A stretch of DNA of 60,380 nt, filler included, from Nemertoderma westbladi (taxonomy: Eukaryota; Animalia; Xenacoelomorpha), in the NCBI GenBank assembly GCA_032718475.1. It is 3 parts of 3 records of this genome, joined end to end, with 100 filler letters (N's around TTAATTAATTAA, not from the genome) between each part and the next. Parts side by side here need not be neighbours in the genome. Positions count along the whole stretch, not along the records: positions 1 to 27,222 come from JAUCBJ010004626.1; 2 more parts are not named here. The stretch is one strand, 5' to 3'. Below the pieces are notes generated by a model. The model saw nothing but the letters and a program-made list of their open reading frames with translations. It was not told where the DNA came from and did no database searches. The position numbers and the translations under genes are program-made. Of this stretch, positions 13,146-24,394 are shown in pieces (the first letter of the stretch is position 1; each line of letters starts with the position of its first letter).

Positions 13146-15037
13146 ACCATCCTCCCGACTTAGTCCTTTAGTGTAACGGTACGAAATTTAACCGTATCGC
13201 CGCCATATTGAGTTTGCGCTGAAAAGTGATAATCTTTACTATTTGCATGATTGATTATTTGCACAAGTGATAGGCTGTATTTCCGGTATCTGTGATTGTT
13301 TCTTGGGCTGTTCTATGACTAGGATGAGTTAAGTATGATGAATAATGAGATTTTGACCCACAAATTCTGATCAAACCATTGTTGGTTTTTCTGTAGCAGT
13401 TGGTTGATTAGTAACGTTCAAAAAATGTCTCCAAAAATTTAACCGTGGGAAATTTTTTACAGACATCTAAAACCTAGCGACAAAGATAATTTGCATAGCC
13501 ACCGTTATCATGTAATTAATTACCTGTGGCTTTGAAATGATAGCTAATCTTTGTGATGCAGCTCGTTTACTGGTGGAAATTTCTTAAAATTATGACTTGT
13601 TTGTTATTTCTACATGAGTGATAAATGTAAAAACTAAAATAATAAGTAATTGTGCAAGTTTTCGTGACCTACTCAGCGCATATGGGTCGATGTCAAAGTA
13701 AAACCCAGTCCTATCCGTGATTTCATTTCGTCTTCATTTCCGGACGGATTGGACAACGTACATGCTGATAAAAAGTGATAATGACGCAACATACAGTAAT
13801 GTGGCCAAAACATGCAAAAAAGTGAAACCATAGAGTAATTCCAGTTCTACTGAATGAAATTTCATGAAATAAAATGTTACAGTTAGACATTTTCATCAGG
13901 AATCTGGGAAATCATGTTTGTTCAATGCTACATTAAATGTAGATCATTAAATTTAGCTTGAAACCAAAAAAACCATGGAAAATGCGATTTTTTGCGAATT
14001 TTTTTTTACAAAAGGTGCAGTTAAATACCAAATTAAAGCTTGAAAATTTGTCTTCAAATTTAACGATTTCCTACTACACTTCCCTTAGAGACCCGGAACA
14101 CTTTATTTCCTACTATATTTTCTACTATACTTCCCGTTGGGACCTAAAAAGTCCCCATTGGAAAAAATATAATATTAGCAATTGTGGTTACAGGCAATCT
14201 TCTCAATTGTTATTTAATTGAATCTGTAATTACTACGCTGTAATACACAAAAACAATTGTCCAAATTCATCGAAAAGTTTTGAAGATATGTGGGTTCGAA
14301 GAGCTTCGGATCGAGATAAAAACGACAAACTGTCCCCTCCTGTACGCAGCGTCATAGCCAATAGCATTGCATATAATTTGGTACATCAGCGACACAATAA
14401 CAATTCCAAAACCACCTTAGAAAATGCTTTAATTTTATGCATAATGTTCATACGCAGCATTGATTTATAATGTGTGTTTGGCAGTGTGTCAGTCGTACCA
14501 TAAAAGGTCCCCCCATCTGTAACCGCCTGTAACCGGCTCTCATTACATTTACATGGTTACAGGCAAAGAAGTGTCCCACGCCTAGAATATTATTCTAGAA
14601 TATGTGTTAAAATAATGGTTACAGGCAGTGGACAGGAAGGGTCAAGCAGTATATTTTTTTACAGATGATTTAAGGTCGGCCAAAACCTACGGACTCTGAG
14701 CTTCCAGAATACATATCACTGGGTTTTTAGAAACTCATTTCTTTATAAACAAAATGACTCCAGTCTGGCCACCTTGTCTGTATATCGCCCTTAATATCAG
14801 ACTAATTATTTTCCGTGCCACTATTTAGGTTAAGCCATTCTCGAGTTATAGCATATAAAAGTAAAAAATGAGGACTATCATGATATATTAAAAAAAACGA
14901 ATTCTGGAAAATTTAAAGCGACAACAACGCACAATACAAGTTCCAATAAAAATACGCGGATTATTAAATTTTAAAATGAGCGATTACATTCACAGTTTAC
15001 ATATGTAAAAGGTTTGCATAGATAAGTTGAGGCGATT

Positions 15038-15131
15038 AAACAAAATATCGAATAATGTAGGTAAAAACAAAATATCGAATAATGTAGGTAAAAACAAAAT
15101 ATCGAATAATGTATAGGTAAAAACAAAATAT
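15038..15131. repeat. 27-bp tandem repeat x3+
   Basis: AAAACAAAATATCGAATAATGTAGGTA repeated with period 27. Confidence 0.9.
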
Positions 15132-15694
15132 GATTATGATAAACATCTAATATGAATAAAATATAGACAACACATATATTAGTTACATTTACACATTATT
15201 GTAGACACACAAATCACTCTAATACTATTTGAATGGTTATTATTATATTCCATCTTCAATCAATATTATATTGCAAAACTTATAAATCGCGATGACGATT
15301 ATAATAAATGAAAGCCGATACCTAAAGTAATATAGGGGCTGTAATATATTACACCTTTTATATCATTGCACTTCTTACTAATTTATTGCACTACTTTACT
15401 TACTAATTTGCATAGATACCCTACCATGGTTGGTTGTGTTGGTTCTGGATGCCGGATACTGAAAAACCGACACGGGAAAAACGATAAAAATATTTTAATA
15501 GTAATTAAAATATACAAAATGATTTAAAATTATGTTTAACTTGAGGAAAAATATAGGGTGATTCTAAAAGATGTTAAAATCATAAAAAACTGTAATCGGA
15601 ATAAATTATTTTAAAAACTAAAACGTAAACAAAATCTACTTGTGGAAACGAAACGATAGCGAAAGTAAAACCAAATAACTAGAACATAAAACAC

Positions 15695-15890
15695 GTTGCT
15701 AGGCAACCACACCGCCCTATAGCCTCGGTTGCTAGGCAACCCACCCGGCACAGTACCCTCGGTTGCCAGGCAACCCACCCCGCTCACTACTATCAGTTGC
15801 CAGGCAACCACACCCGCCCTATAGCCTCGGTTGCTAGGCAACCCACCCGGCACACTACCCTCGGTTGCCAGGCAACCCCTCCCGCACTAT
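15695..15890. repeat. 34-bp minisatellite (6 units, 102-bp higher-order trimer), each unit with a GTTGCYAGGCAAC palindrome matching the RFX X-box
   Basis: Cores start at 15695, 15728, 15762, 15796, 15830 and 15864. The last unit overlaps the final codons of Cdc6. Confidence 0.9.
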
Positions 15891-18086
15891 ACTATCTATA
15901 AGACTGCGGTCCTTAAGAGCGGCGACCAGTTCCTCCTCGTCGGTGACCCTGAGCCGAACCTTGACCAACCGCGGCTCGCAGCGACGGCCTCCCTTCAGCT
16001 GCAGGAGCCCCCGGGACTCCAACGAGGTGCAGGCGGACTGCAGGGACGACTGATCGACGCGAGGCAGACCGCGATCGCGGCAGATACTCGCGTACGAGTC
16101 GTGCAACTTACCCAACGTGATCTCCTTAGTGCCTAACTTCCTCGTGAGAACGAGGAGACAACAGACAGCGAGTCGTTGCTGGAACGGGATCCCGTCGTCC
16201 TCGGATTGGCCGCCTAACTGATTGGATCCGCAGCCGTAAACGTCTGTGATTAATCGGGACACAACCTTAAGGGTTACCGGCGTCATTGGTGTTACAGGTG
16301 GGGATAGATCCCCGCGGGTGGGAGTTTGGGGAGTCTGATTGTCCATTTCGGTTGCCTCCACCGCCCGTCTGCAGACATTCAACGCCTTCCGAGCGTCGCC
16401 GGATAACGCGGACATCTTACGCGCGCACAGAATCACCGCGGTTTTATCGACAACCGTCCCGCCCTCCAGGCGGGATTCTAGAATGTCCCGTAACTCTTGC
16501 GTCCCATAGGGAGTGAAGGGAACCAGTTGCGGGGCTTCCTTCAGTCGGGGTAGAACCCGGTCTATAAGATCCAAGGCGTTGGCGACCCCAATGAGTCGCA
16601 GCTTAGATGTACTAGGACCCGCCCATCGGAATAAAGTGTACAAAACCTCCTGATTGCGGCTCTGTAACTGGTCCATCTCGTCTATAACGACTAACCGTAT
16701 CTTCCCGAAATAGCAGATGAACTTCGCCTCTAAGAAAGATTTGAGTTTATTGGGTTTAATAATGTCTTTGGGGAACAATTGGTTGGCGAGTTTACGGTAT
16801 ATAAAGTGACTGGAACTCAGAGACATGCAGTTAATATAGACAGCCTGGAATTCGGGATGTCTGCGTATTGCTGACGTCACACACAGACTCTTTCCAGTCC
16901 CCGGGGCGCCACTGATATACATACTTCCACCCAGGTTACTTTGGTATCCGGTGGCCATAAACTCGGTAATGGTTGCAGACTCGCTGGCCCGGCCAATCAC
17001 GACGTCCGTCTGCGAGATGTGCAACGACTCTTTGGTGTCCCGGTAGAGTTTATCGTTGTCTGTCCCAGCGATCCGAAGTTGTGCGAGTAAGGGGGAGGCT
17101 CCGGTAGATGGCGCTAAGTGGTCCGGCCCAGCGCCCTTCAATGGTGTAATAAAGGATGCGGGTTGGATGGAGGAACGAATTGGGGTGTCATCCACCTTGT
17201 GTTTTCGTGGTGAGGAACGAATTGGGGTCTCAACCACAGGGGGTGGTGAGGAACGAATTGGGGTGTCATCCACCTTGTGTTTGCGTGGTGAGGAACGAAT
17301 TGGGGTCTCAACAACAGGGGGTGGTGAGGAACGAATTGGGGTGTCATCCACCTTGTGTTTGCGTGGTGAGGAACGAATTGGGGTGTCATCCACCTTGTTT
17401 TTGTGTGGAGAGGAACGAATAGAGGATTTGGATTTCCGACGTGAGTAAATGGGATGACTCATATCAGTCACAGCGTTTTCGTTTTTTCGTAAAGAACGAC
17501 TGGTAGAAACAACGCGGGTTCCTTTTCTCGAAGAACAAACTTCATCATTCTGGGAAACAGTAAGAGTTTCCCTTGAAGAGGAACGAATATCATCTAGTGG
17601 TGACTCGCTGGTTATAAAGGAATTACCGGTATCCGTTACGGAAGAAAAGCTACCGGTACTAGGCCTATTATTTTTCAACAGGGAGACGCGAGACTTAGAG
17701 GAAGGGGATTTCGAAGCGGCGGTGAGAAGTTGATCGGAATAAACCACCACAGGAGAGGAACATAAACTTCGTCTCTCCGACTCAACCGTTCTACATCTAC
17801 TCCTTGTGATTCTCCGATCGGCCACCGACTTCGTTTGCATGTCTGTTTGTGTTGACGCCTGTATGTCCCTTAGCAGCCCTCGTCTTGACAGTTTCTCAGG
17901 GGAACCAACACTGACAGGGGTCGTCCCATTGGGTGTAATGTTCTCATCACAAACTCCTGGGCGTTTTCTTGGAGAAGTGGATGAAAATCGCAATACATCT
18001 TTTCGAATTCTGTTCGGGCCAAGAAGGTTAACTGACTTCTTTACTGGTGCGATTAGAACAGTTTGCTGAAATCCTGAAGCGTTCAT
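15855..18086 (-). CDS. CDC6: Cell division control protein 6 (AAA+ replication licensing ATPase), single coding exon, ~743 aa
   Basis: Walker A YISGAPGTGKS, INCMSL, Walker B IDEMDQL, LIGVANALDL.DR.LPRL, SGDARKAL.VCRRA and a C-terminal winged-helix region (LESRGLL). Long S/T-P-rich N-terminus. First ATG at 18086 (the ORF track starts at the upstream GTG). Confidence 0.95.
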   Translation of the reverse strand: MNASGFQQTVLIAPVKKSVNLLGPNRIRKDVLRFSSTSPRKRPGVCDENITPNGTTPVSVGSPEKLSRRGLLRDIQASTQTDMQTKSVADRRITRSRCRTVESERRSLCSSPVVVYSDQLLTAASKSPSSKSRVSLLKNNRPSTGSFSSVTDTGNSFITSESPLDDIRSSSRETLTVSQNDEVCSSRKGTRVVSTSRSLRKNENAVTDMSHPIYSRRKSKSSIRSSPHKNKVDDTPIRSSPRKHKVDDTPIRSSPPPVVETPIRSSPRKHKVDDTPIRSSPPPVVETPIRSSPRKHKVDDTPIRSSIQPASFITPLKGAGPDHLAPSTGASPLLAQLRIAGTDNDKLYRDTKESLHISQTDVVIGRASESATITEFMATGYQSNLGGSMYISGAPGTGKSLCVTSAIRRHPEFQAVYINCMSLSSSHFIYRKLANQLFPKDIIKPNKLKSFLEAKFICYFGKIRLVVIDEMDQLQSRNQEVLYTLFRWAGPSTSKLRLIGVANALDLIDRVLPRLKEAPQLVPFTPYGTQELRDILESRLEGGTVVDKTAVILCARKMSALSGDARKALNVCRRAVEATEMDNQTPQTPTRGDLSPPVTPMTPVTLKVVSRLITDVYGCGSNQLGGQSEDDGIPFQQRLAVCCLLVLTRKLGTKEITLGKLHDSYASICRDRGLPRVDQSSLQSACTSLESRGLLQLKGGRRCEPRLVKVRLRVTDEEELVAALKDRSLIDSIVREGLPGNRG
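17170..17420 (-). repeat. In-frame coding tandem repeat in the Cdc6 N-terminus (alternating 42/36-bp units encoding TPIRSSPRKHKVDD / TPIRSSPPPVVE)
   Basis: GAGGAACGAATTGGGGT repeated six times; translation gives 6x TPIR, 3x SPRK and 1x SPHK. Confidence 0.95.
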
Positions 18087-19870
18087 CACTACTGCGGTAC
18101 CGGTATTCTGGTACTGGTAGTGAGCTTTTCAACATTACCGGTACAACTTTGAACTTACAGACTGAGGCAGTAGTAATATAATATAACCAGAAAGCTGGAC
18201 AGACAGTTTTACAGTTTTCAGGTTTTACAGCCTGACAGTTTATGGTTAATAGTGTTAGTAGGTTACCATACCGGTAGGTATAGCTTAGAAACTACTGGCT
18301 GCATGGCTGTGTTTGACAGGCAGACATTGTGACAGTATTCATTACTTATTACTATTATTCGTTATCCAATACTCCAATAGTTGTATATCAGTATGCAGTA
18401 CAGTATATTGAGTAATAATATTCTGATATTAGTCTTTATTCAATAATGTCACTTATTATTTATTGCATAATTATTACTGTCAGAATGTATGGCTTCCTGG
18501 AAAGCACTGCAACGGCGCAACAGCGCAACAAACCTAGGATTGGTTTATTCATTCTACTCTAATTCCATTGGCTTGTAGATTCTTTTGCATTCTATAATAT
18601 TCTATTTCTGTAGCGCCTATGGCGCAACAAAGCCATGAATAGCCAAAAAAGGAAAACTACAGTCTGGCAGTGCAGCAGTACCTTTCCCAAGGTACATACT
18701 ACAGTATGTAACTAAGTATTAATCCTGCAGTCTAACTACTGTATAATAAAGCAAGGCATTAAGGGGGAATACATGTCTAAAATTTCTACCGAAATTAAAT
18801 TATTTTGATTTTATACATTATGGGCTGTTAAAATATGGCTAAACATTGTTTTTTTCGAAAAATTTTCGAGTCGCCCTCTAGCGGTCATTGAATGAAACAA
18901 GATTTGCGATTTGCGAAACAAGATTTAAAATGCTGCTAGTCATTCAATTTTAGGTGAAATTGTCTGAAACCAATTTTTTTTGAATTACGGAGGTGAGCTC
19001 CACAAAACTTATCGGTTAAAATTTTTAGTTTAGCCTTTTTATGAAAATTAATTAATATTTATTAATATTTGGCAAAATTTTAACAAATTTTTGGCTTTAA
19101 TCTGAAAAATCGGCTGTAAAAAATGGTTGTAAAAAATTGGCTTTAGATTGTTGGAGATTACCTCTGAACATCAGGCGAAATATGATCTATCAACTTTCCA
19201 CACCACGGCCCGATATTTGTGTGGCGTCCTGACCTAAAAGTTAGCTAAGATTAGTGATTACAGTGAGTACTGGAAATTCAATTTGACATCACCAAACGGC
19301 CGGGTTGTAGCCGTCAATCAAATATTGTTAGTTTGACTGTGATGTGGGAAGCATTGGGCGGCAGTAGTGAGAAAGCTGGCCCCTCCCTGCAAATAACCTT
19401 GATATCTATTGTTTGCCTCCTTTAGTAAAGCTCTTCTGCTTTACTAAAGCAGGAGGTAATTCAATTGGATTGTGATTTCCTGAAGTTTTTTTTTTCATGG
19501 TGGGTAAATTACGTATTCAGTTTGGTTTGATTAGCGCTTTCAAATTTTAGATTGGTAGCTTTTGTCTAGGGAGCCAAGTAACCAAAAACTAACCGCTAGG
19601 TTGTGTGTAAGGTCACAAGCGGAGCAAAGGTTACAGTAGGCCTACAGCAGCCAACTGATCAGGACAACAACACAATAATATTTATAATAATATAGAGTTT
19701 AGTAAATGAGTGTTGAGCTAAGTAAGCAAGCAAGCATCAATACCGTTATCAAAACATAGGCCTGCAGAAGGAACTCATTCACTTTCACGAATTACAATAT
19801 TGCACTACCGGTACTTACAGTAATGTCTTAATCTCGTACAGGCATGGCCTGAGCTATACAGCCTAACAGA

Positions 19871-20196
19871 GGGTGACTACAAAACAAAGACCAAAGACCC
19901 AAATAATATAGACCTGCAAAATATTGTAACATGTGTTAACTTTCGTTTATTGTTTTGGTTCCCCCAACACGCCTCTGTAACCTGCTCATTTACCAACCTT
20001 TAAATGCCAATGGTAAAGCCTCGTTACGTCCCTAAGAGCGTTAGGTCCCGAAGAGCGTTAGGTCCCATTGCCATTTAAGGAGCAGGTTTGTGAAGGAGCA
20101 GGTCACAGTTTTGGGGGAACCAAAACAATAAACGAAAGATATCACATATGTTTTGAACAAGTCTTTATTATTTGGGTCTTTGTTTTGGAGTCACCC
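19871..20196. mobile_element. Mutator-like foldback MITE (long imperfect TIRs, 10-bp TSD)
   Basis: Termini GGGTGACT...AGTCACCC; arms are reverse-complementary over most of their length (e.g. TTTCGTTTATTGTTTTGGTTCCCCCAA / TTGGGGGAACCAAAACAATAAACGAAA). TSD GCCTAACAGA at 19861-19870 and 20197-20206. Confidence 0.85.
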
Positions 20197-20422
20197 GCCT
20201 AACAGACTATAAAGCAGGTCTGTTACTGTTAGGCTGTATGTATGGGAGTACGGTATGTATCCCAGTCGCATGGCGTATAAATTTCTAGATAATAATGTAC
20301 ATTGTACATGTACAAACAAACCTACTGTATAAAAGTTTCTACCTATGGAGCAATCGAATAAATTGTAGTCAATTTAAGAAAATAATTTATACTTTATATA
20401 TATATTAAAAAAAAGTTATTAC

Positions 20423-20584
20423 CTTCCATTTCCCTAGCAACTGATTCTTGGTATTCGGCTTCTGCAGCTTTTTTATACGATTCTATTTCTTTGCCATATT
20501 TAGCCTTCAGCGCCATATTCTCAAAGATGGCGGCCTTGGCAGCGTCCAGCAATTCATCCGTTGTTAGTTCGGAACTCATTTGTT
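20423..20584 (-). CDS. Internal exon (162 nt, phase 1-1) of a secreted protein of unknown function
   Basis: Acceptor TTTTATTTGCAG| and donor GAAG|GTAATA. Joins in frame to exon 21653-21812 (G+AA CAA ATG, giving ...DLLS-EQMSSELTT...). Confidence 0.65.
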
Positions 20585-21528
20585 CTGCAAATAAAATATC
20601 ATTGTTAAAATAAATTCAATTCACCGCCCAGATTATGATAGCACATCGAAAAGTTAAAATATTTAATTTACAGTTTGTGGTCTACTGTAACTTGGCGAAC
20701 TAAGGCTTTATTTAATATTAATATTTTATTACGAGACATTAGCGAACTCTTGTATGAACGTTTTTCAAATATGGGTGTGTCTGTGTTTGTGAACATTATG
20801 TTGGTGTAAGAAGAAATAAAGTATACAGTAGGAAGCCAATAAACTGTAATAAATTGGCCTTAATAATACAGAATAATGATTTAAACTGTTCGCTGAAAAT
20901 TCTACCTTTTTACACAATAATGTACTGTAAATACAGTAGTTATTAGTCCAAATATACTTCAGTAAACGGAGAAGTGTTATTCATTAGATTTAGATTATAA
21001 ATTTTATTGATGAAATATGTATGTCACTAAACACATTATGATTAAAGATAGACAGACAAAAATATACCACAGGCGACTGGCACTGATAAAAATTACGGCA
21101 CATTAAATCATAAAACTACAATCTTAGTAAAAAGTCAATCTGTGTCTATCATTAAAATAAACAAATCATCCAAATAATTATATGTCTCCGGAAAATACAA
21201 AGAATACAGTACAGTACGTAAGGATGAGTTTAAACCACAAGTGGAGTTGTAAAACGAAAAAAAATTGATAAATTACAGAATTATAAATAGAATATAATAT
21301 AAATAAATTGATTAATTAATTATTGTTAATAAACAAACACGACAAGACAAAACAATAAAACAAAACAAGCACTGAGACTTTCGTAGCAAATAGCAAAATT
21401 ACACCATGCCCCAGAATATTATCATAAAAAGTATCTCCGTCGTCACCCAGCGCACTCTTCCAGATCTAGGCCACTCGACTCCTCCACTTCACCCAAGAGG
21501 TGCCACGACCCTCAAACGCAATGGGAGG

Positions 21529-21606
21529 CATCGTGGTGTAAGTAAATATAGGCTCATCGTGGTGTAAGTAAATATAGGCCCATCGTGGTGTGAGTAAATA
21601 TAGGCC
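21529..21606. repeat. 26-bp tandem repeat x3 (intronic)
   Basis: CATCGTGGTGTRAGTAAATATAGGCY at 21529, 21555 and 21581. Confidence 0.9.
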
Positions 21607-21652
21607 TAGCCTAATATAGACGTACTACTGTATATTAATATAATTAAATAAC

Positions 21653-21812
21653 CTGACAGAAGGTCAGACATATGGAGGAATGTGTAGTTGGCTTGTGTGT
21701 TGTTTTCCTCTGCTCGAGCAAACTTCCTGGAGTATTTGTGGGCAATGGCATCAGGCGACCAAACCAGTGTTACTAAAATAACCAATAACACCGAACAATG
21801 GCGACTTCCCAT
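21653..21812 (-). CDS. First coding exon with signal peptide of a secreted protein of unknown function
   Basis: ACAATGG start context; MGSRHCSVLLVILVTLVWSPDAIA hydrophobic leader ending A-x-A; donor CAG|GTTATT. 160 nt, and its phase matches the next exon. Confidence 0.65.
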
Positions 21813-22100
21813 TGTGAAATGTAAATTGAATTATGACTGTATCAAATCAATCAATAACATTCCAGCAATATAAAGTACTACTGTATTACTACTAGATGCT
21901 GGCTTACGGCTTACATATTGTCACCACCGTAAAGGTAGATGTTAATAAATACCGGTAATACTGGTAAAGGCCGGTTAACAGGTACACTTCCGGTTACAGC
22001 GCTCTCATATCGCAATGCTGGTCAAATCACAGCGTTTTGCTTTTTGGTTACAGTGCAGTGAGAATGCCGTGACAACGCTGCCAATGTGCGTTCAAAATGC

Positions 22101-22205
22101 CAGATAGGGGGGAAACTGGACGTATTCAAATTCATCCCTCTCCAGGGGAAATTGGACTCCACCCCCCCCCCCCCCCCTCCCCCCCCCCCCCCCCCCCCCC
22201 ATCTC
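22101..22205. mobile_element. Internally deleted copy of the hAT-like MITE family (105 bp)
   Basis: Starts CAGATAGGGGGGAAACTGGACG..TTCATCCCTCTCCAGGGGAAATT as at 12887 and ends (C)nATCTC. 8-bp TSD CAAAATGC at 22093-22100 and 22206-22213. Confidence 0.85.
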
Positions 22206-23956
22206 CAAAATGCGACGCAGAACCACCGCCCCATCACCTCGAAGTGTATCTGCGAACCGGGCTTAGTTCCGCTAAAAATTCCCTTTTGCTTCTGAAATGA
22301 ATTATTCAAATTATTACTCGGAATTCCTTAATTAATAAATGTATCTTCCTGTTAATATACTATAGAATAGAAAGTTATGCCCCGTTTATCATAAACCAAC
22401 AATTATTTATGTATAACTAACAATTTAATACAAACAATTGATATGACTTGCAGGGCCCACCCTCACCTTTCCCACATTATGAATGTCTACTGATATATAA
22501 TGCAGATTACAATATGGCAAACTACATACTTTGGTGTAGTCCCTTGGTTACGATATCAGTACCATATTGTACTGTAGACCTACACCATAGGACACGAGTC
22601 GGGCCTTCGTGTAGCAAAAGTTGCAAGCCATCTTGCGAACAATTATAATAATTATACTATGCCTAGTTATATAGGACTATTCTGATATTGGCTTCCGACA
22701 CACACACAGACTTTTGGAAAACGGCCAGAGTATAATTAATAAACAATTATAACAGCTCGCTGATGGCTCGCAGTAGTCGCAGTTTTGTCTCGCCCCACAT
22801 AATTCTTGAATATGAGATTAAGTCACATGTAGACGAATATAGGTTGTTTGGCTTTTGTTATCGTACTGCTTAAAAGCCGAAACATAACAAACCTATATAG
22901 GTAACGGCATCCTAATATTATGCCGTCAAGATTAATTAATACTGTACAACGTAAGCGATTAATCAAATGGCACTAGCCAATAGTAAAATAGCTGCTCTAA
23001 CACCCCATTGGTCAGGTCAGAATAGATAAATCTTTTCTCAATCTATCAGTAGGTAATACAACTGTTATAACACGTTCGTGGGGCCATCGCGCAGGACGAG
23101 GGTCAGTTATTAGATACAGATTAAAATTGAGCAATTCTATCCCAAAATCGGTACTTAAGAAATTTAAATAAATAATTAAGAAAATTTAACCAAACTTTTA
23201 CTTAAAAAAAAACTTTCGCATTGGCAGCTTGGCATCGATGTCATAGAAGTCCACAGTCATACTACTCAAAAAATTCAATGCATTCTTCAGTCCTCGGCTC
23301 TCGCTCATCGGTTAGTCCAGTTTGCCCGTAGCGCTAGCGCAGTAGAGATACCAAAAGTCGAGGTCGCCAACGACACTGCGACAGACAGAGGCGGTGGCCT
23401 TGATGGCGAGTTGTTTGAGTACCGGTACATGATATGGCTGAATAGTCGCGAATAACTGAATACTCTGAACTCTGCAATCTGGAAATGCTGGAATGGCTGA
23501 AGAAAGTGAAATAGGCCTACCACACTTTCCAAGGCAGCAAGGCCACATTATTAATTGCTGCATTGTACCGGTATTGCTGAATTTCAAACCCACCTGATAT
23601 ATCCTGCAGTCTCCTAGCAACCAGCTGATGCCAAGCCTAATAATTTTTGGGTAAATAAATTTATTATAACTGCAAGACAGTTACACAGATAATGCACGAA
23701 GACCCCACGCAAATTCAACTTGGAAAATTTTTAATACTTTTGCCAGACTACATATGTACCAAGTTTGGATATATTATCGAGATTTGGCTGAGTTATTAAC
23801 GTTTAAAATTGGACACAACAGATCAACAGCAACAGATCAACAGAGCAACAGACACACCGATTGAGTTTGAGTTAGTGGTACCTGTATGCTAAGCTCGCTT
23901 ACTTTCGTCGCTTGCCCCACAATTTACATCTCTGTACATGGGCATCTCAAACCCTG

Positions 23957-24190
23957 TAATATCCGACAGCGACAGGCCGTCTTAAAGGGGGGTATTGTAT
24001 TATCAATGTACTGGTTTGGTCGATATTAATTTTGCTGTTTTGGATTCGTTTATCATTATTAATTAATACCCTGAAGAAGACCCGCAGAGCCGCAGAGGCA
24101 GAAATTGATCGGTAAACTCGAACTTTTTCATTGTAATACCTAGGGAGTTGGACCCCAATTAACTATCTTTCAACAACCTACCCGTACATT
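23957..24190 (+). mobile_element. 234-bp insertion with 13-bp TSD carrying a hammerhead motif: Penelope pLTR-like or retrozyme monomer
   Basis: Direct repeat ATCTCAAACCCTG at 23944-23956 and 24191-24203; internal CTGAAGA...GAAA...TC hammerhead core. Confidence 0.6.
24067..24114 (+). ncRNA. Degenerate minimal type I hammerhead ribozyme motif
   Basis: TACC-CTGAAGA-[agacccgcagagccgcagaggca]-GAAA-TTGA-TC-GGTA. Stem I TACC/GGTA, conserved CUGANGA and GAAA, near-palindromic short stem III. Stem II is disrupted by a CGCAGAG duplication. Confidence 0.5.
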
Positions 24191-24394
24191 ATCTCAAACC
24201 CTGAGAGGTCGCTTTAGTTTAACAGTATCTGTACTAACGTACAGTATCTGTTTCTTACTGGCTGTGTTTCATATTGACCCAGAGTCCTTTGTGCGATAAC
24301 ATCGGATTCAGACTTGTGCTATTACTTGTAAATGTTTATTACCTATGCTATATCTTATTATACATGGACGCAGAAACAAGAAGCCAGTTTTCCC

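Noticed and set aside
15611-18069. Alternative-frame and antisense ORFs overlapping Cdc6 (likewise over TSPAN13, RPS11, the LINEs and the Pao RT)
   Set aside because: Shadows of real coding or repeat sequence, without motifs of their own.
14770-18790. TTAA-bounded transposon-like ends (GCCCTTAA at ~14793 and TTAAGGGGG at ~18759) on either side of Cdc6, suggesting gene capture
   Set aside because: The ends face outward and match poorly, so they cannot enclose Cdc6; probably ends of two separate remnants.
23495-23520. Second CTGAAGA...GAAA hammerhead-like core
   Set aside because: Only 4 nt between the motifs, so no stem II and no convincing stem I.
23227-23636. 10-bp inverted repeat GCTTGGCATC/GATGCCAAGC as MITE ends, plus ORFs 23305-23620
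   Set aside because: Short, no TSD, and no recognisable protein motifs.
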